NCBI GenBank assembly: GCA_040772485.1
Contig: JAXGYC010000007.1
Coordinates: 928,001 to 992,000 of the forward strand
DNA length: 64,000 nucleotides
Source of the DNA: Sedimentisphaerales bacterium
GTDB taxonomy: Bacteria; Planctomycetota; Phycisphaerae; Sedimentisphaerales; Anaerobacaceae
Direction: 5' to 3'
Made by a program: the position numbers and the translations under genes
Notes under the pieces: model-generated
Database searches by the model: none
The model's input: the letters and a program-made list of their open reading frames with translations, nothing else
What the model was told of the DNA's origin: nothing
Shown: positions 36,080-46,152 of the stretch, piece by piece
Layout: every line of letters starts with the position of its first letter
Position numbering within the stretch: the first letter of the stretch is position 1

Positions 36080-39000
36080 TCAGTTCGGCGTTTCGGGGGA
36101 TGGGGTTGCGGCGTGCCAGTGGGCGGGGTCGTTGCCGTACGAGGCCGGCGTCGTGCGGTGCAGCGACAGGCCCTGCCCATCCGCCTCGACCGGCCAGGGA
36201 TCGACGCCCGAGCCGAAGCCCGACGGATGCGAACCGTCGCTGTACACCACCCGGTCCACCCGAATCCAGCTCACCGTGCCGTCGTCGGCCACGTCGCCGG
36301 GCTTGCTGAGCTGAATCCGGCCCCCGTCGTCGGGCAGCTTGCCCGGCCCCCACGTCAGCATCGCAACGCCCGACACGTCGCCATAGGCGATGGCGAAGCC
36401 CAGCGAGTCCTTCACCAGCAGCAGATGCCCGCCGGACGCCAGCGTGATCGGCGCATCGGCCGGGAAACGCAGATCGATCCTCGGATCGTCCGGGTCGTCC
36501 GTGAACCGCCACGGAACACCGAGGTCCGCATCGTACAGCGTCACGGGGCCGTCGCTGATGTTGAGCAACTCGACGTATTCGGCCTGCGACGAAGCGGCCG
36601 GATGGTACATGATCTCGCTGATCACCACCGGGCCTACCTGCGGCTCGGCGTTGGCCGTGCCCGGCGTCGGGACGCTCAGCGACACGAAGTTGTACCCGCC
36701 GGTGCTCTTGCGATGCCGGCCCATCGAGACGCCCCGCTCGGAGGCGTCGAACTTCTCCTGCACGCTGTAGCCCGTCAGCACACCGTCAGCGCCCGAGTGC
36801 AGGTACAGCGTCTCGCCACTGCGGCTGAGCCTGAACGGAACCCGGCAGCCCGGATCACCGGCGTTGTCGAATGTCGCATCGGCCTCAAAGACCAGATAGC
36901 CGCCGGCGCCGAGCACCGTCCCCGAGGCGATCTCGTACCGCATCCGGTCGTCGGCGTCGTCGCTGAGGAACCAGCCGCCCAGGTCGATCGCCTCGTCCGT
37001 CGTGTTGTGCAGCTCGATCCAGTCGGACGCCCCGCCGCCGGGATTGGCCAGGATCTCGTTGATCACCACCGCGCCCAATTCGGGAACCACGCCCCCATCG
37101 TCATAGCCGGGCGAGCCGCCGGCTTCGGCGCTGGGACGCCAGAAGCCCTTCTCGTCCAGCGTATCGGCGCCGGCCGTCCGAGGCTCTCGCACCGTCAGCG
37201 AGAAGCCCGCCCCATCGGTCAGATCATACCAGTCGTCCTGATAGCGGAAGTGCTGGATGACCTGTCCGGCCGCATCCTGCAACTCGATCTGCTCGCCCGC
37301 ATTGTCGAGACTGCCGGCGTACTGTCCGGCGATATTCGCTCCGTCGCCGTACGCCGCCACAAAGGCGGACAGGTCGCGCACGACCAGGCTGTACGCCCCC
37401 GGCGCCAGCTCAACGTCCGGAAAGACGAAGTCCACGCCGTCGCTGAACGAGACGAGATTCAGGTTGATCGTCTCGCTGCCGACGTTGACCAGCTCGATGT
37501 ACTCGGCGTTCGGATCGAGCGGATGATACATGATCTCACTGATCCGCAGATTCTCAGCCACCGGCCCGACACTGAACGTCGCCTCATTCAACGCGCTCCA
37601 CGAGCCATCGCGAAATAGACGCGCCTTGATGCACGTGCTCTCGGTCAATGTCAACGGCCCTTCGTAGCGGATCGCGGTTGGCGAAATCCCACTGGGAACC
37701 GCGCCCCCGCCGCCGGTGGTCGAGCTCAGTTCCACGGAAATCAGGAAATCGGTGCTGGTGACGCCATCATTGAGCCCGTGAATCGCCAGGACGTTTCGGC
37801 CCAGACGAAGCTGGCCAATCGCCGAGGGGATGTCGAACGTCTCGAACTCGATCGCGTCGAGGTCGGAGTGGCTCCCGGCGGCGCCCGAATTCCAGGAAGG
37901 TGCGCCATCAAACATGGCCCGCCGCACTTCGACGCCGTTGAGGTAGGCCACGAAGCCGTCGTCATATCGCACTCGCAATCGCAGACCGCGGGCCTCGATC
38001 AGAACCTCCGGCGTCACTTCGAAGGGAATGCGGATGTAACAGCTCTCGTTATGCCCGTACATGGCGTTCTGCACATCGATGTCAATAAACTGCTCGTACC
38101 CTGTACTGCGTTCGTAGCCGACCCCTCCGGCGCCGTGGGTCCAGGTCGAATCGTCGAAGTCTACGTTGCGCCAGGCGTCGCCGGTCGAAGCCGGAGGGAC
38201 CAGAACCGCCTTCGGTGCATCCTCTGTCACGAAGGCGAACTCGTCACCCGTCTGCCCTCCGGAACCAGGTGTTCGGGGATCGGTCCCATCCATGGTGTAC
38301 CAGATTGCGCCGGAGCTGCCCATCAGCGAGACGGTCTCGCTGGAAGCGATGTGCCCGCCATGCTGAGGCACGCCGCCCACGTGGAATTCAGGCGGTTCGA
38401 TGTTTGGGTAGAGACCCGCGTTTCGAAGCCAGCCCAACAATTGGTCGGCGCGATTCGGGAAGTAGCCGTTCAACTTGCTTTCCTGCGTCTTCAGCCAGTC
38501 CTGCTGCGTATGGGGGCGTGACTGCCGGTTGTCGCCCCATCGGGCCGACTCGCCCACGATGGCGCGCTCGACCTGGTTCATTCGGGCCAGGAATCGGTCG
38601 GCCGAAGCGGGGTAGCTCAGTGGACCTCCGTGGAAAAAGTGACGGTAGATCAAATCAGCGAAGCGAAGGCGATACTCTGCATTCTGCGCAAGCTTGCGGT
38701 GGATCTCCGAGGGGCTTTCCCCGACGTCGTTTCCGCCTTCGAGCACGTGCTCGGCATCCCAGGAGTGGAAGCGCCACTTGCCATCGGGGGCGTTGCGGTG
38801 CGTGGCATACCAGTTCTTGTGCGGCCAGTCATGATTGCCTGTGTACCAGTTCGCCAGCAGGTAGGTGATGAAGTCGTCTGTGTCGAGTTGTCCGCACAGG
38901 GCGTCGTATGCCGCCAGGTTGTCTGGATCGGCGGCCACCGCGTTTGCCGCCGCCAGCATGGCATTGTAGTTGGCCGAGGCACTGCCGCCAGTGCCGCTGC

Positions 39001-40546
39001 TGATGACACTGCCGCCACTGTGTTTGACTGCGTCGTACTCGTCCTCGTCGCCGCCGAACACCTGGGCCGCCCAGGCGTGGTCGGGACGCTCGTGGATATA
39101 GTACAGGCCCCAGTAGAGGCTGTTGATGTAGACATGCGCGTAGGCGCCGTGGGGTGAATGCCCCCCCATCGCGTTGTGCAGATCGGCGATGTACTGATCC
39201 TGGATGTATACGGCAGTGTTGCGCTGGCCGCTGTCCGGATGAAGCCAGGAATGGTTCAACACGCTGTCGAGGACTACGGTGCTGTAGCGATCGACCGGAG
39301 AGTCGGGAAACAGCCTGAAATCCAGCTTGCCGGGGCCGCCGGTGGGGCTGCCGTCGTCGGTCTGCGCCTTGAAGCGCGGCCGCATGGAGAGCTTGAACGT
39401 CTTCCAGCGGCTGAGACTGGTTCCACCTCCGCTGACGCCGCCCTGCATGGCGATCGCGCAGTTGACCTGAAGGCCCCGGGCGCCGTTGGGGTCGATGAAC
39501 TCCATGGACGCGACGCGTTCGGTGCCGTCCTGCGACTGATTGATGTAGATTCCTCTGCTGCCGAACCAGTCGTCCTTGTTCATGACCAGAGAGATGGTTG
39601 GGACCGCCTTGAGGTCGTCCCGGATGGAATTGGCGTAGAGGCCGCCGAAGATGTCCTTGCCGCCCTGGCCCACCACGTCCGGGTCCATCTGGTAGTCGCC
39701 CGTCACGGAGCCCCACGAGGTGGGGTACCCTTCGGGCGTCACCTGGGCGCCTGTCGAAGGATTCGTCGCCTGCTTTATGACGCTTTCCAGGAAGACGTAG
39801 GTGTGAGTCTCAACGTCTGTAGCCTTCCAGCCGGGCCGAAATGCCATGGCTCTCAGGCAGGTTGTGGACTGAATCAGGATTGGCCCGTTGTAGACGCTCC
39901 CATAGCCCGGCGTGGGCGTGCTTCCGTCGAGCGTGAAACGAATCGTAGCCTGTGGCGTGGCCGTCGTGACGACGACCTCGATCGGATGATCGTAGAAGCC
40001 GCGATCGTGGTTGAACACCAAATCCTCAACCACGGGCAGGCCCTTTCCGTCGTTCGACGCACCGGGCGTGGGCGTCAGAGTAATCCAGTTGTCCGAGCCA
40101 TCGGGGTCGCGACCGAACGAGACATCGGCCCTCTGGGGACCGAAGCGGATGCTGTCAAGCAGGGTCAGTCCATCGCGGTCAAACAGAGCGACCCGGTCTC
40201 CGCCTGCGTTGAGCGCCAGGCCGGCGTGCAGACCTGCATCGCCGGTGTCGCCATCCGCCCAGATCACCAGATACCCTTTTGCAGGCAGGACGGTGCCGGC
40301 CGGAACCTGCCACTTCGTGGGGTCGTCCAGGTCGTCCGTCAGATAGAAGCCAGCGAGACTGACCGGTACCCCGCCAGGGTTGAACAGCTCGATCCAGTCG
40401 TCATAGTCGCCCTGCGGGTCTTTGACTGCCAGATCGTTGGCGGCCATGATCTCGTTGATGCACACATCGGATTGGGCCCGGACACACACCGCCCCCTGGA
40501 GCGCCGCGAGGAATACAAAACACATAGATCGTATGCGCAAGCGCAT
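36080..40546 (-). CDS. Secreted lamin-tail-domain / CotH-kinase-family / chitobiase-Fn3 protein
   Basis: Repeated INEIM/ISEIMYHP...EYIEL.N lamin-tail motifs, RFTLDGSTP and YTMDGTDP, CotH motifs YWGLYYIHER, NHDWPHKNW, WDAE, ESARWGD. Confidence 0.88.
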   Translation of the reverse strand: MRLRIRSMCFVFLAALQGAVCVRAQSDVCINEIMAANDLAVKDPQGDYDDWIELFNPGGVPVSLAGFYLTDDLDDPTKWQVPAGTVLPAKGYLVIWADGDTGDAGLHAGLALNAGGDRVALFDRDGLTLLDSIRFGPQRADVSFGRDPDGSDNWITLTPTPGASNDGKGLPVVEDLVFNHDRGFYDHPIEVVVTTATPQATIRFTLDGSTPTPGYGSVYNGPILIQSTTCLRAMAFRPGWKATDVETHTYVFLESVIKQATNPSTGAQVTPEGYPTSWGSVTGDYQMDPDVVGQGGKDIFGGLYANSIRDDLKAVPTISLVMNKDDWFGSRGIYINQSQDGTERVASMEFIDPNGARGLQVNCAIAMQGGVSGGGTSLSRWKTFKLSMRPRFKAQTDDGSPTGGPGKLDFRLFPDSPVDRYSTVVLDSVLNHSWLHPDSGQRNTAVYIQDQYIADLHNAMGGHSPHGAYAHVYINSLYWGLYYIHERPDHAWAAQVFGGDEDEYDAVKHSGGSVISSGTGGSASANYNAMLAAANAVAADPDNLAAYDALCGQLDTDDFITYLLANWYTGNHDWPHKNWYATHRNAPDGKWRFHSWDAEHVLEGGNDVGESPSEIHRKLAQNAEYRLRFADLIYRHFFHGGPLSYPASADRFLARMNQVERAIVGESARWGDNRQSRPHTQQDWLKTQESKLNGYFPNRADQLLGWLRNAGLYPNIEPPEFHVGGVPQHGGHIASSETVSLMGSSGAIWYTMDGTDPRTPGSGGQTGDEFAFVTEDAPKAVLVPPASTGDAWRNVDFDDSTWTHGAGGVGYERSTGYEQFIDIDVQNAMYGHNESCYIRIPFEVTPEVLIEARGLRLRVRYDDGFVAYLNGVEVRRAMFDGAPSWNSGAAGSHSDLDAIEFETFDIPSAIGQLRLGRNVLAIHGLNDGVTSTDFLISVELSSTTGGGGAVPSGISPTAIRYEGPLTLTESTCIKARLFRDGSWSALNEATFSVGPVAENLRISEIMYHPLDPNAEYIELVNVGSETINLNLVSFSDGVDFVFPDVELAPGAYSLVVRDLSAFVAAYGDGANIAGQYAGSLDNAGEQIELQDAAGQVIQHFRYQDDWYDLTDGAGFSLTVREPRTAGADTLDEKGFWRPSAEAGGSPGYDDGGVVPELGAVVINEILANPGGGASDWIELHNTTDEAIDLGGWFLSDDADDRMRYEIASGTVLGAGGYLVFEADATFDNAGDPGCRVPFRLSRSGETLYLHSGADGVLTGYSVQEKFDASERGVSMGRHRKSTGGYNFVSLSVPTPGTANAEPQVGPVVISEIMYHPAASSQAEYVELLNISDGPVTLYDADLGVPWRFTDDPDDPRIDLRFPADAPITLASGGHLLLVKDSLGFAIAYGDVSGVAMLTWGPGKLPDDGGRIQLSKPGDVADDGTVSWIRVDRVVYSDGSHPSGFGSGVDPWPVEADGQGLSLHRTTPASYGNDPAHWHAATPSPETPN

Positions 40547-40707
40547 GACTCATCCATCCTCTACTGAGGGTAGCAACCCGCCGTCCATCGGTCCGGACAC
40601 CCCGCAATAAGCAGGAGATTCACTTTGCGCATTGTATCAGAATGGCGCCTCCGGGTCAATTTCGCCGGCGCATGGGGACTCGGGTTTGCAGACAGGCAGA
40701 AACACGC

Positions 40708-40746
40708 CAAAGGGGCGGCCGACGTGTGAATGCACGGCCCCCTTTG
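40708..40746 (-). terminator. Terminator-like hairpin downstream of tRNA-Ser
   Basis: CAAAGGGG..GGCCG...CGGCCCCCTTTG. Confidence 0.6.
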
Positions 40747-40763
40747 TGGGGGCCATGGGAGAC

Positions 40764-40853
40764 CGGAGAGGCCGGGATTCGAACCCGGGGTAGGGGTTTA
40801 CCCCCTACAACGGTTTAGCAAACCGTCGCCTTAAGCCGCTCGGCCACCTCTCC
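40764..40853 (-). tRNA. tRNA-Ser(GCT)
   Basis: GGAGAGG/CCTCTCC acceptor stem, anticodon arm ACGGT-TTGCTAA-ACCGT, long variable arm, GGTTCGAATCC T-loop. CCA not encoded. Confidence 0.97.
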
Positions 40854-41085
40854 AAACTGTCGATGTCGCCAGTCTACCCGGCTCATCTGCCCTCTGCAAG
40901 CAGATAAATCGCGGTTTCGAGATTTTGCCCGCAGGCAGAAGCCACGCAGCCCGGTCCCCGCCTTCGGCAGACACTCGGCCATCGGTGGCCAGCTCGTGTG
41001 TCCGGCGCCTTCAGACGCCTGTCCCGAGAAAAATACGTGTTTACCACAATTGACCGGACAACCGCTCCTCGACTATGGTGCCCGG

Positions 41086-41327
41086 CATGGATTCGAGGAC
41101 CCGCGGTTCGTCGCCTGCAGGTTCGTGTGCTCAGGCGGAGCAAGGGTCTGGCGGAGATCGCCGATTACCAGACGCATAGGGACAGCACCTTGTACCGATC
41201 TTCTGGACAGCGGACGAAATCGCCGCCGGGCGAGGTCGCATCGCTCTTTCCGCGTGGGCGGTAACAGAGGCTCTAAGAGCCGTTTCATCTTTAGGGTTGC
41301 GGGCCCGTCTCCCCGCAGCCCTTTTTT
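41086..41327 (+). ncRNA. Candidate sRNA 1
   Basis: Upstream TTGACC...TATGGT promoter, strong terminator AGGGTTGCGGG...CCCGCAGCCCTTTTTT at 41292-41327, no convincing ORF. Confidence 0.4.
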
Positions 41328-41442
41328 CTTGAGGCCTGCGAAGGCCTTTGTCTCCGCCTGCCGGTCCAACATTCATTTCACATCGATGGAAATACGTAGT
41401 TGCCACAATTGACAGCGAGACGCGGTCACTCGACAATAGCTG

Positions 41443-41569
41443 CCAATCTGCGGGTGCAAACCGACTCTTTATGAGCAGTTTTCAATGGACTGAAATCGAG
41501 GCACCTCGCAGTGGGGAGACAAGGGTGATGAAGAGAAGTGCTTTACCATCCTTTCGTCTCCCTTTTTGT
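41443..41569 (+). ncRNA. Candidate sRNA 2
   Basis: TTGACA-N17-GACAAT promoter; long hairpin GGGAGAC-AAGGGTG...CATCCTT-TC-GTCTCCC followed by TTTTT. Confidence 0.35.
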
Positions 41570-41659
41570 TGGTCGGGGAATCCTCTGGTGGCTGCGCATG
41601 CCTTGATGCTGTATTCGATGCGAGGACACGGAACATACGTTGGACGAGGTGAGAGGCCG

Positions 41660-42832
41660 CTAAAGCACGCGACGGGCGCGCAGCCACGCCATCGACACCA
41701 GTCCGATGGAGACAAGCATCAGGGTCCCGGAGACGGGGACTGTGCGAGGCCCGGCTGTCATGACATGATGAATCCACGTGTTGTCCATCACGCCGGTGAC
41801 CCACTCGCTGTTGCTGCCCCATGCGTAGATCGGAACGTGCGCGCCGGTGTGCCCCGCGCTCGTCCAGGCGACGTCTGGATACCGGCCGGCTCCGCCGTCG
41901 GCCAGAATGCTCAGTCCGCCCGTCTCGTGGTCGGCCGTTACGAGGATCAGTGTGTCCAGTAGCACCGAGCTGTGAATCCAATCCACTGCCGTCCGGACGG
42001 CTCGCGAGAACTCCAGCGTCTCACCGATGGTCCTTTCGAGATCATGGGCATGGGCGGCATGGTCGATACGCCCGCCTTCGACCATGAGGAAAAACCCCTG
42101 GGGATCGTTGTCCAGAAGGCTCAGGGCGACCGCCGTCATCTCCGACAGATGCGGCTCCGTCGCCGCCGGGCCCCGGTCGAATTCGTACGTCATGTGGCCG
42201 GCGGCAAACTGACCTGAGACGAAGTCGGCACCGTCCGTGTCCAGGGCCTGGAGCTGCGCCGCATCCTTGACGACGCCGTAACCTGCGGCGCCGGCGTCTG
42301 ACTCAGAGAGATACAGACTGCCGCCGAACAGAACGTTCGGTCGGGTCTGCCCCAAGTAGTCCTGGGCGATCTGGCCATAGTTTCCCCGGGATGGCTCGTG
42401 CGCCGCGAACGCCGCCGGCGTGGCATGACTGATGTACGTGGTCGTCACCAGGCCGGTGGCCTTTCCTGCGGCAGCGGCCTGTTCGAGAACCGTCTGTAGC
42501 TGGCGCCCATCGCCCGGGTGGGCGACACTGATGACGCCGTTGTCGACCTTGTAGCCGGTCGCCATCGCCGTCGCCGCGGCGGCCGAATCCGTTATCGTCG
42601 AGTCGGCCGAGGACGTGGTGACCTGAGCCTGATGAGGGAAGGCCTCAAATGACAGCGTACCGGATGCCCCGTTGGCATAGAGGCCCGCTGCCGCAATCTG
42701 GCCGTAGCCCATCCCATCGCCGATGAACACGATGACGTTGGTGGGCATGGCACTGCCGAGCCGCGCGCACAGCAGGCCCACAGCAAGGACCCATCCAGCG
42801 AGACATGGAAGACGTGGTTCATCCTTGAGCAT
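41660..42832 (-). CDS. Alkaline phosphatase (PhoA family) with a PEP-CTERM-like C-terminal anchor
   Basis: FIGDGMG, TDSAAAATA (catalytic Ser), HATPAAF, MVEGGRIDHAAH, TADHETGG, HT. Tail VPVSGTLMLVSIGLVSMAWLRARR. Confidence 0.92.
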   Translation of the reverse strand: MLKDEPRLPCLAGWVLAVGLLCARLGSAMPTNVIVFIGDGMGYGQIAAAGLYANGASGTLSFEAFPHQAQVTTSSADSTITDSAAAATAMATGYKVDNGVISVAHPGDGRQLQTVLEQAAAAGKATGLVTTTYISHATPAAFAAHEPSRGNYGQIAQDYLGQTRPNVLFGGSLYLSESDAGAAGYGVVKDAAQLQALDTDGADFVSGQFAAGHMTYEFDRGPAATEPHLSEMTAVALSLLDNDPQGFFLMVEGGRIDHAAHAHDLERTIGETLEFSRAVRTAVDWIHSSVLLDTLILVTADHETGGLSILADGGAGRYPDVAWTSAGHTGAHVPIYAWGSNSEWVTGVMDNTWIHHVMTAGPRTVPVSGTLMLVSIGLVSMAWLRARRVL

Positions 42833-42862
42833 TTTCACCCCCTGTGATGCCGGTGTTGGCAC

Positions 42863-42936
<74 letters not shown>

Positions 42937-43624
42937 ACTATGTCTTAACCAGTGGCACTATAGCGTCTTGCGAGCGGAACTGTCAAGGCCCTGCGGGAAA
43001 AATCACAGAAAACACCGCCGCCGGGCGTCAGCGGCATTCGGTCCCCTCTCGCCGGCGTGCGGCCCGGTACCAGTCGATTGTCACCAGGAGACCGACATCC
43101 AACTGACCGGCTCCGGGTCGTCATATTGCTCGGTCGCCAGCAAGATGCCCGCAGACGCATCGGCGACATGGAGGAATTCGCGCTATGCCCGGCCCGTATA
43201 GATTCACCGGCAACAAGAAGATCGAATGGAAGCCACGCTACTGGCGATACGCCTGTGACGGCGCCAGCAGCATCTTCTTCGCCCGGCCGCACGGCGCGTC
43301 GGTCTCCGTCAACTCCATCGCTTCCCTCGCGCCGCACCCGCACCATGTTCGCACCAACATCCGGTGTCTCGACCACCGGCAGGCTGGCGCGCCCGGCCCG
43401 TTCCGTCAACTGCCGCGAGCCGGCCGCGCCCAATTCACACAACACTCGTTTGGGGACGTCGGGAAAACCGTCCTCCAATCGCAAGAACGCAAGTCCTTCT
43501 TCCACAACGGCTTGCATTAGGTCCGAAAAAATTATGCAGGATTCGCCAAAATCGCGTTACGCACAATGCCCAATGCGGCACTAATGGGTGAACACAACGG
43601 AAAACACAATGCCGGTCGGAATAA

Positions 43625-43876
43625 GGAGGTGGCAGAAATGGCAGTCGGCAGAAGGCAGGAAATCGACTCTTCGACAAGCGGTTTCGGCGGCACGAACGTT
43701 GCTGTCCGAGGTCGAGGTCGGCTTTCCGTTCGCCCTGCTCCCATTGGACCCAGAAAGGCTCTCACGGCCTCTAACTTTAACCCAGGTGAACTCAGGTCAG
43801 GTCGGAAGCTAAAAACCACATCATACCCGCTATCGCTTCTCTTACGGTAGCAGCTCTCTATCACCTGCCTCCACCA
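43625..43876 (+). other. Candidate structured RNA (SRP helix-8-like core) and/or 70-aa small ORF (43638..43850)
   Basis: Perfect SD TAAGGAGGT + ATG 43638; CAGGTCAGGTCGGAA...CGGTAGCAGC enclosed by CAGGTGA/TCACCTG; ends CCTCCACCA just before a strong hairpin. Confidence 0.4.
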
Positions 43877-43878
43877 AT

Positions 43879-43910
43879 CAAGCCCCGTCTCGCACGGGAC
43901 GGGGCTTGGT
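43879..43910 (+). terminator. Terminator-like hairpin
   Basis: CAAGCCCCGTCT-CGCAC-GGGACGGGGCTTG; weak U-tract. Confidence 0.6.
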
Positions 43911-44049
43911 TCCGGTGGGTCGGCCCTTCGGCTCTCGCATCGCACATCCTGTTCACGTCATGTTCGCCGCTTTTCTGATTGCCTGCCTGCGAACACACCT
44001 TACAATACCCGTCATGTGTCGGTTTGGTGTTCTGGTGAAAGGAATGGAC

Positions 44050-44706
44050 ATGAGATCGCTGACCCTGGGTGTTCTGGCTGTTACGTCGATGATGCTGTGC
44101 GGCTGCGGCGGAGTCTACTACAACACGATGGAGAAGCTCGGCTACGCCAAGCGAGACATGCTGGTCGATCGGGTTCAGGAAGCGAGGGACGCACAGGAAG
44201 AGGCCAAACAGCAGTTCCAGTCCGCCCTGGAGCAATTCACCGCCGTGACCAACTTTCAGGGTGGCGATCTTGAGAAAATGTACAACAAGCTCAAGGGCGA
44301 GTTGGATCGCAGCGAATCCAAGGCACAGGCGGTCACCAAACGGATCAACGACGTCGAGAGCGTCGGCGAGGCCCTGTTCAAGGAGTGGGAATCAGAGCTC
44401 GATCAGTATTCCAGCCCCGACCTGCGGCGTCTGAGTGAGGACAAACTCCGCCAGACGCGACTGCGTTACGCGCGGGTGGTGGCGGCCATGCGCAGCGCCG
44501 AGATGAAGATTGACCCGGTCCTCACCGCTTTCCGCGATCAGGTTCTGTTTCTCAAACACAACCTCAACGCCCAGGCGCTGGCTTCCCTCCAGAACGAACT
44601 GGTCTCCATCGAGACGAACGTCGCCGGCCTCGTCCGGGAGATGGAGGCATCGATCGCCGAGGCCAACGCCTTTATCGAGGCGATGAACCGCGACGAGAAG
44701 AAGTAG
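44050..44706 (+). CDS. DUF2959 family lipoprotein
   Basis: Lipobox LCGC; YYNTMEKLGYAKRDMLVDRV, ALFKEW, FRDQVLFLKHNLNAQA. Confidence 0.9.
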   Translation: MRSLTLGVLAVTSMMLCGCGGVYYNTMEKLGYAKRDMLVDRVQEARDAQEEAKQQFQSALEQFTAVTNFQGGDLEKMYNKLKGELDRSESKAQAVTKRINDVESVGEALFKEWESELDQYSSPDLRRLSEDKLRQTRLRYARVVAAMRSAEMKIDPVLTAFRDQVLFLKHNLNAQALASLQNELVSIETNVAGLVREMEASIAEANAFIEAMNRDEKK

Positions 44707-44761
44707 CCCCGCGCCTCCGATCACGGTTCGTACGGCGTTGTTGCCACACGGCGGGTCCGGC

Positions 44762-45892
44762 TCAGTTCACCGTCTGCGTCTCGACCTCGATCTCGATGGT
44801 GATCTGCGGTGGGATTTCCAGGCAGACCGCCAGGCCCTGCCCCGGCGCCGCCAGGAAGTTGTCGACCACGTACTCAAACCGATGCGCCGTCTCCGAAGAA
44901 GGCACTTTTGCCTGGATCAGACGGACCGCATGGGGCGGAACCGTCACGGATTTCGGTCCGAACCTGCCGGTTCGCTCCATCTCGAGAGGAACATCCGCGT
45001 CGTTCCGCAGCGCAAAACGCACGTTGCCGTCCTGGGTGTAATCGATATCGGTGACATCCGTGGCCGCGTCGAAGATCGCCCGGAGATACTCCGGCCTGCC
45101 AATCAGTTGGTTCTGATACCAGACCGTGGTCCGTCCGGCCATCAGGGCCTCCTTCAGTGCCGGCAGCGTCTTTTCCCGAGCGAACACCAGCGTCATTGAG
45201 CGATGCCTGTCCGGCGTCGATTTCTCGATCATCGAGGGCGAATGGATGTCGGTGTTCCCCATGAACGTCAGGTTCTTGTCGAGCGCCCATCGGTGTACAT
45301 CGGGGTAATAGTCGTCGCCGTTGACGACCTCGATTCCCCGCATGTACTTCTTCTCATAGAGCATCGTATGGATGTCGAACCAGCCCTTCTTGTCGGGAAT
45401 CCAGTCCGGGTGGTTCCACCAGATGAACGCCCCCTGCTTGTCGGCGGCGGCCATGCAGTCCAGCAACTCCTTCGTGTCGAGCGGAACGACATCGTCCAGG
45501 AAGATGGCATTGAAGTGTCCGGGTGGCGTGTCTCGCGTGATCTCCGTCCCGCGAATCAACAGGATCCCGAGCGATTTGGCGCGGGGCAGCGCAATTTCGT
45601 ACGGCCGGTTGTGGTTCGTCGGAACTTCCTGCCTGTGTGGCTGGTACTCGATATGGTCCGTGATCGAAATCACGTCCAGACCCTCTCGCCAGGCCTCGTC
45701 GACGCGAACCGTGGGCCAGACCGCCCCGTCCGAGAAGACCGTATGCGTGTGCAGGTCGCATTTCAGCGTCCTGTACCCCATGATGTCCGGGAATCGAATC
45801 TCCTGCCGGGTCTGGGCCAACAGCGCCGGCGTCGCCAGCACAATCACGAGCATGCCCATTCGAATCAGCCTGGATCGCGAAACGTATCTCAT
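44762..45892 (-). CDS. Secreted PHP-domain phosphoesterase (Sb-PDE-like)
   Basis: CDLHTHTVFSDG.VWP, ITDHIEYQPH, GTEITR..PPGHFNA, WNHP, GNTDIH. Confidence 0.88.
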   Translation of the reverse strand: MRYVSRSRLIRMGMLVIVLATPALLAQTRQEIRFPDIMGYRTLKCDLHTHTVFSDGAVWPTVRVDEAWREGLDVISITDHIEYQPHRQEVPTNHNRPYEIALPRAKSLGILLIRGTEITRDTPPGHFNAIFLDDVVPLDTKELLDCMAAADKQGAFIWWNHPDWIPDKKGWFDIHTMLYEKKYMRGIEVVNGDDYYPDVHRWALDKNLTFMGNTDIHSPSMIEKSTPDRHRSMTLVFAREKTLPALKEALMAGRTTVWYQNQLIGRPEYLRAIFDAATDVTDIDYTQDGNVRFALRNDADVPLEMERTGRFGPKSVTVPPHAVRLIQAKVPSSETAHRFEYVVDNFLAAPGQGLAVCLEIPPQITIEIEVETQTVN

Positions 45893-46152
45893 CGAATACC
45901 CCTTTCCTTTCATGTGCACATAACGTGAAAACCCGTCACTCGTTGCGGACCTCCATGGTACTGTAGCATAGCACTCCGACGGGCCCTTCGCAACCGTGGT
46001 CCGCCGCCACATTCTGCTGTTTCGCGTCTTGACCGGCCGTTGGAATCCCGCTATTGTCATATTTGCGGCTCGTGACGGCGAAGTGGGCGTCCGTCACTGG
46101 GTGGAATGGGAAGGGCTGTCTGCCGCAAGGTCTTCTGGGAGGCGGTGGGATC

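Noticed and set aside
43057..43584. ORFs 43185..43520 (+), 43057..43584 (+) and 42945..43517 (-)
   Set aside because: No family motifs and no frame with convincing codon bias; left unannotated, though a small gene cannot be excluded.
43625..43876. tmRNA or tRNA-like gene (ends in CCACCA)
   Set aside because: No T-arm (GTTCRA), no G3-U70 pair, and too short for tmRNA.
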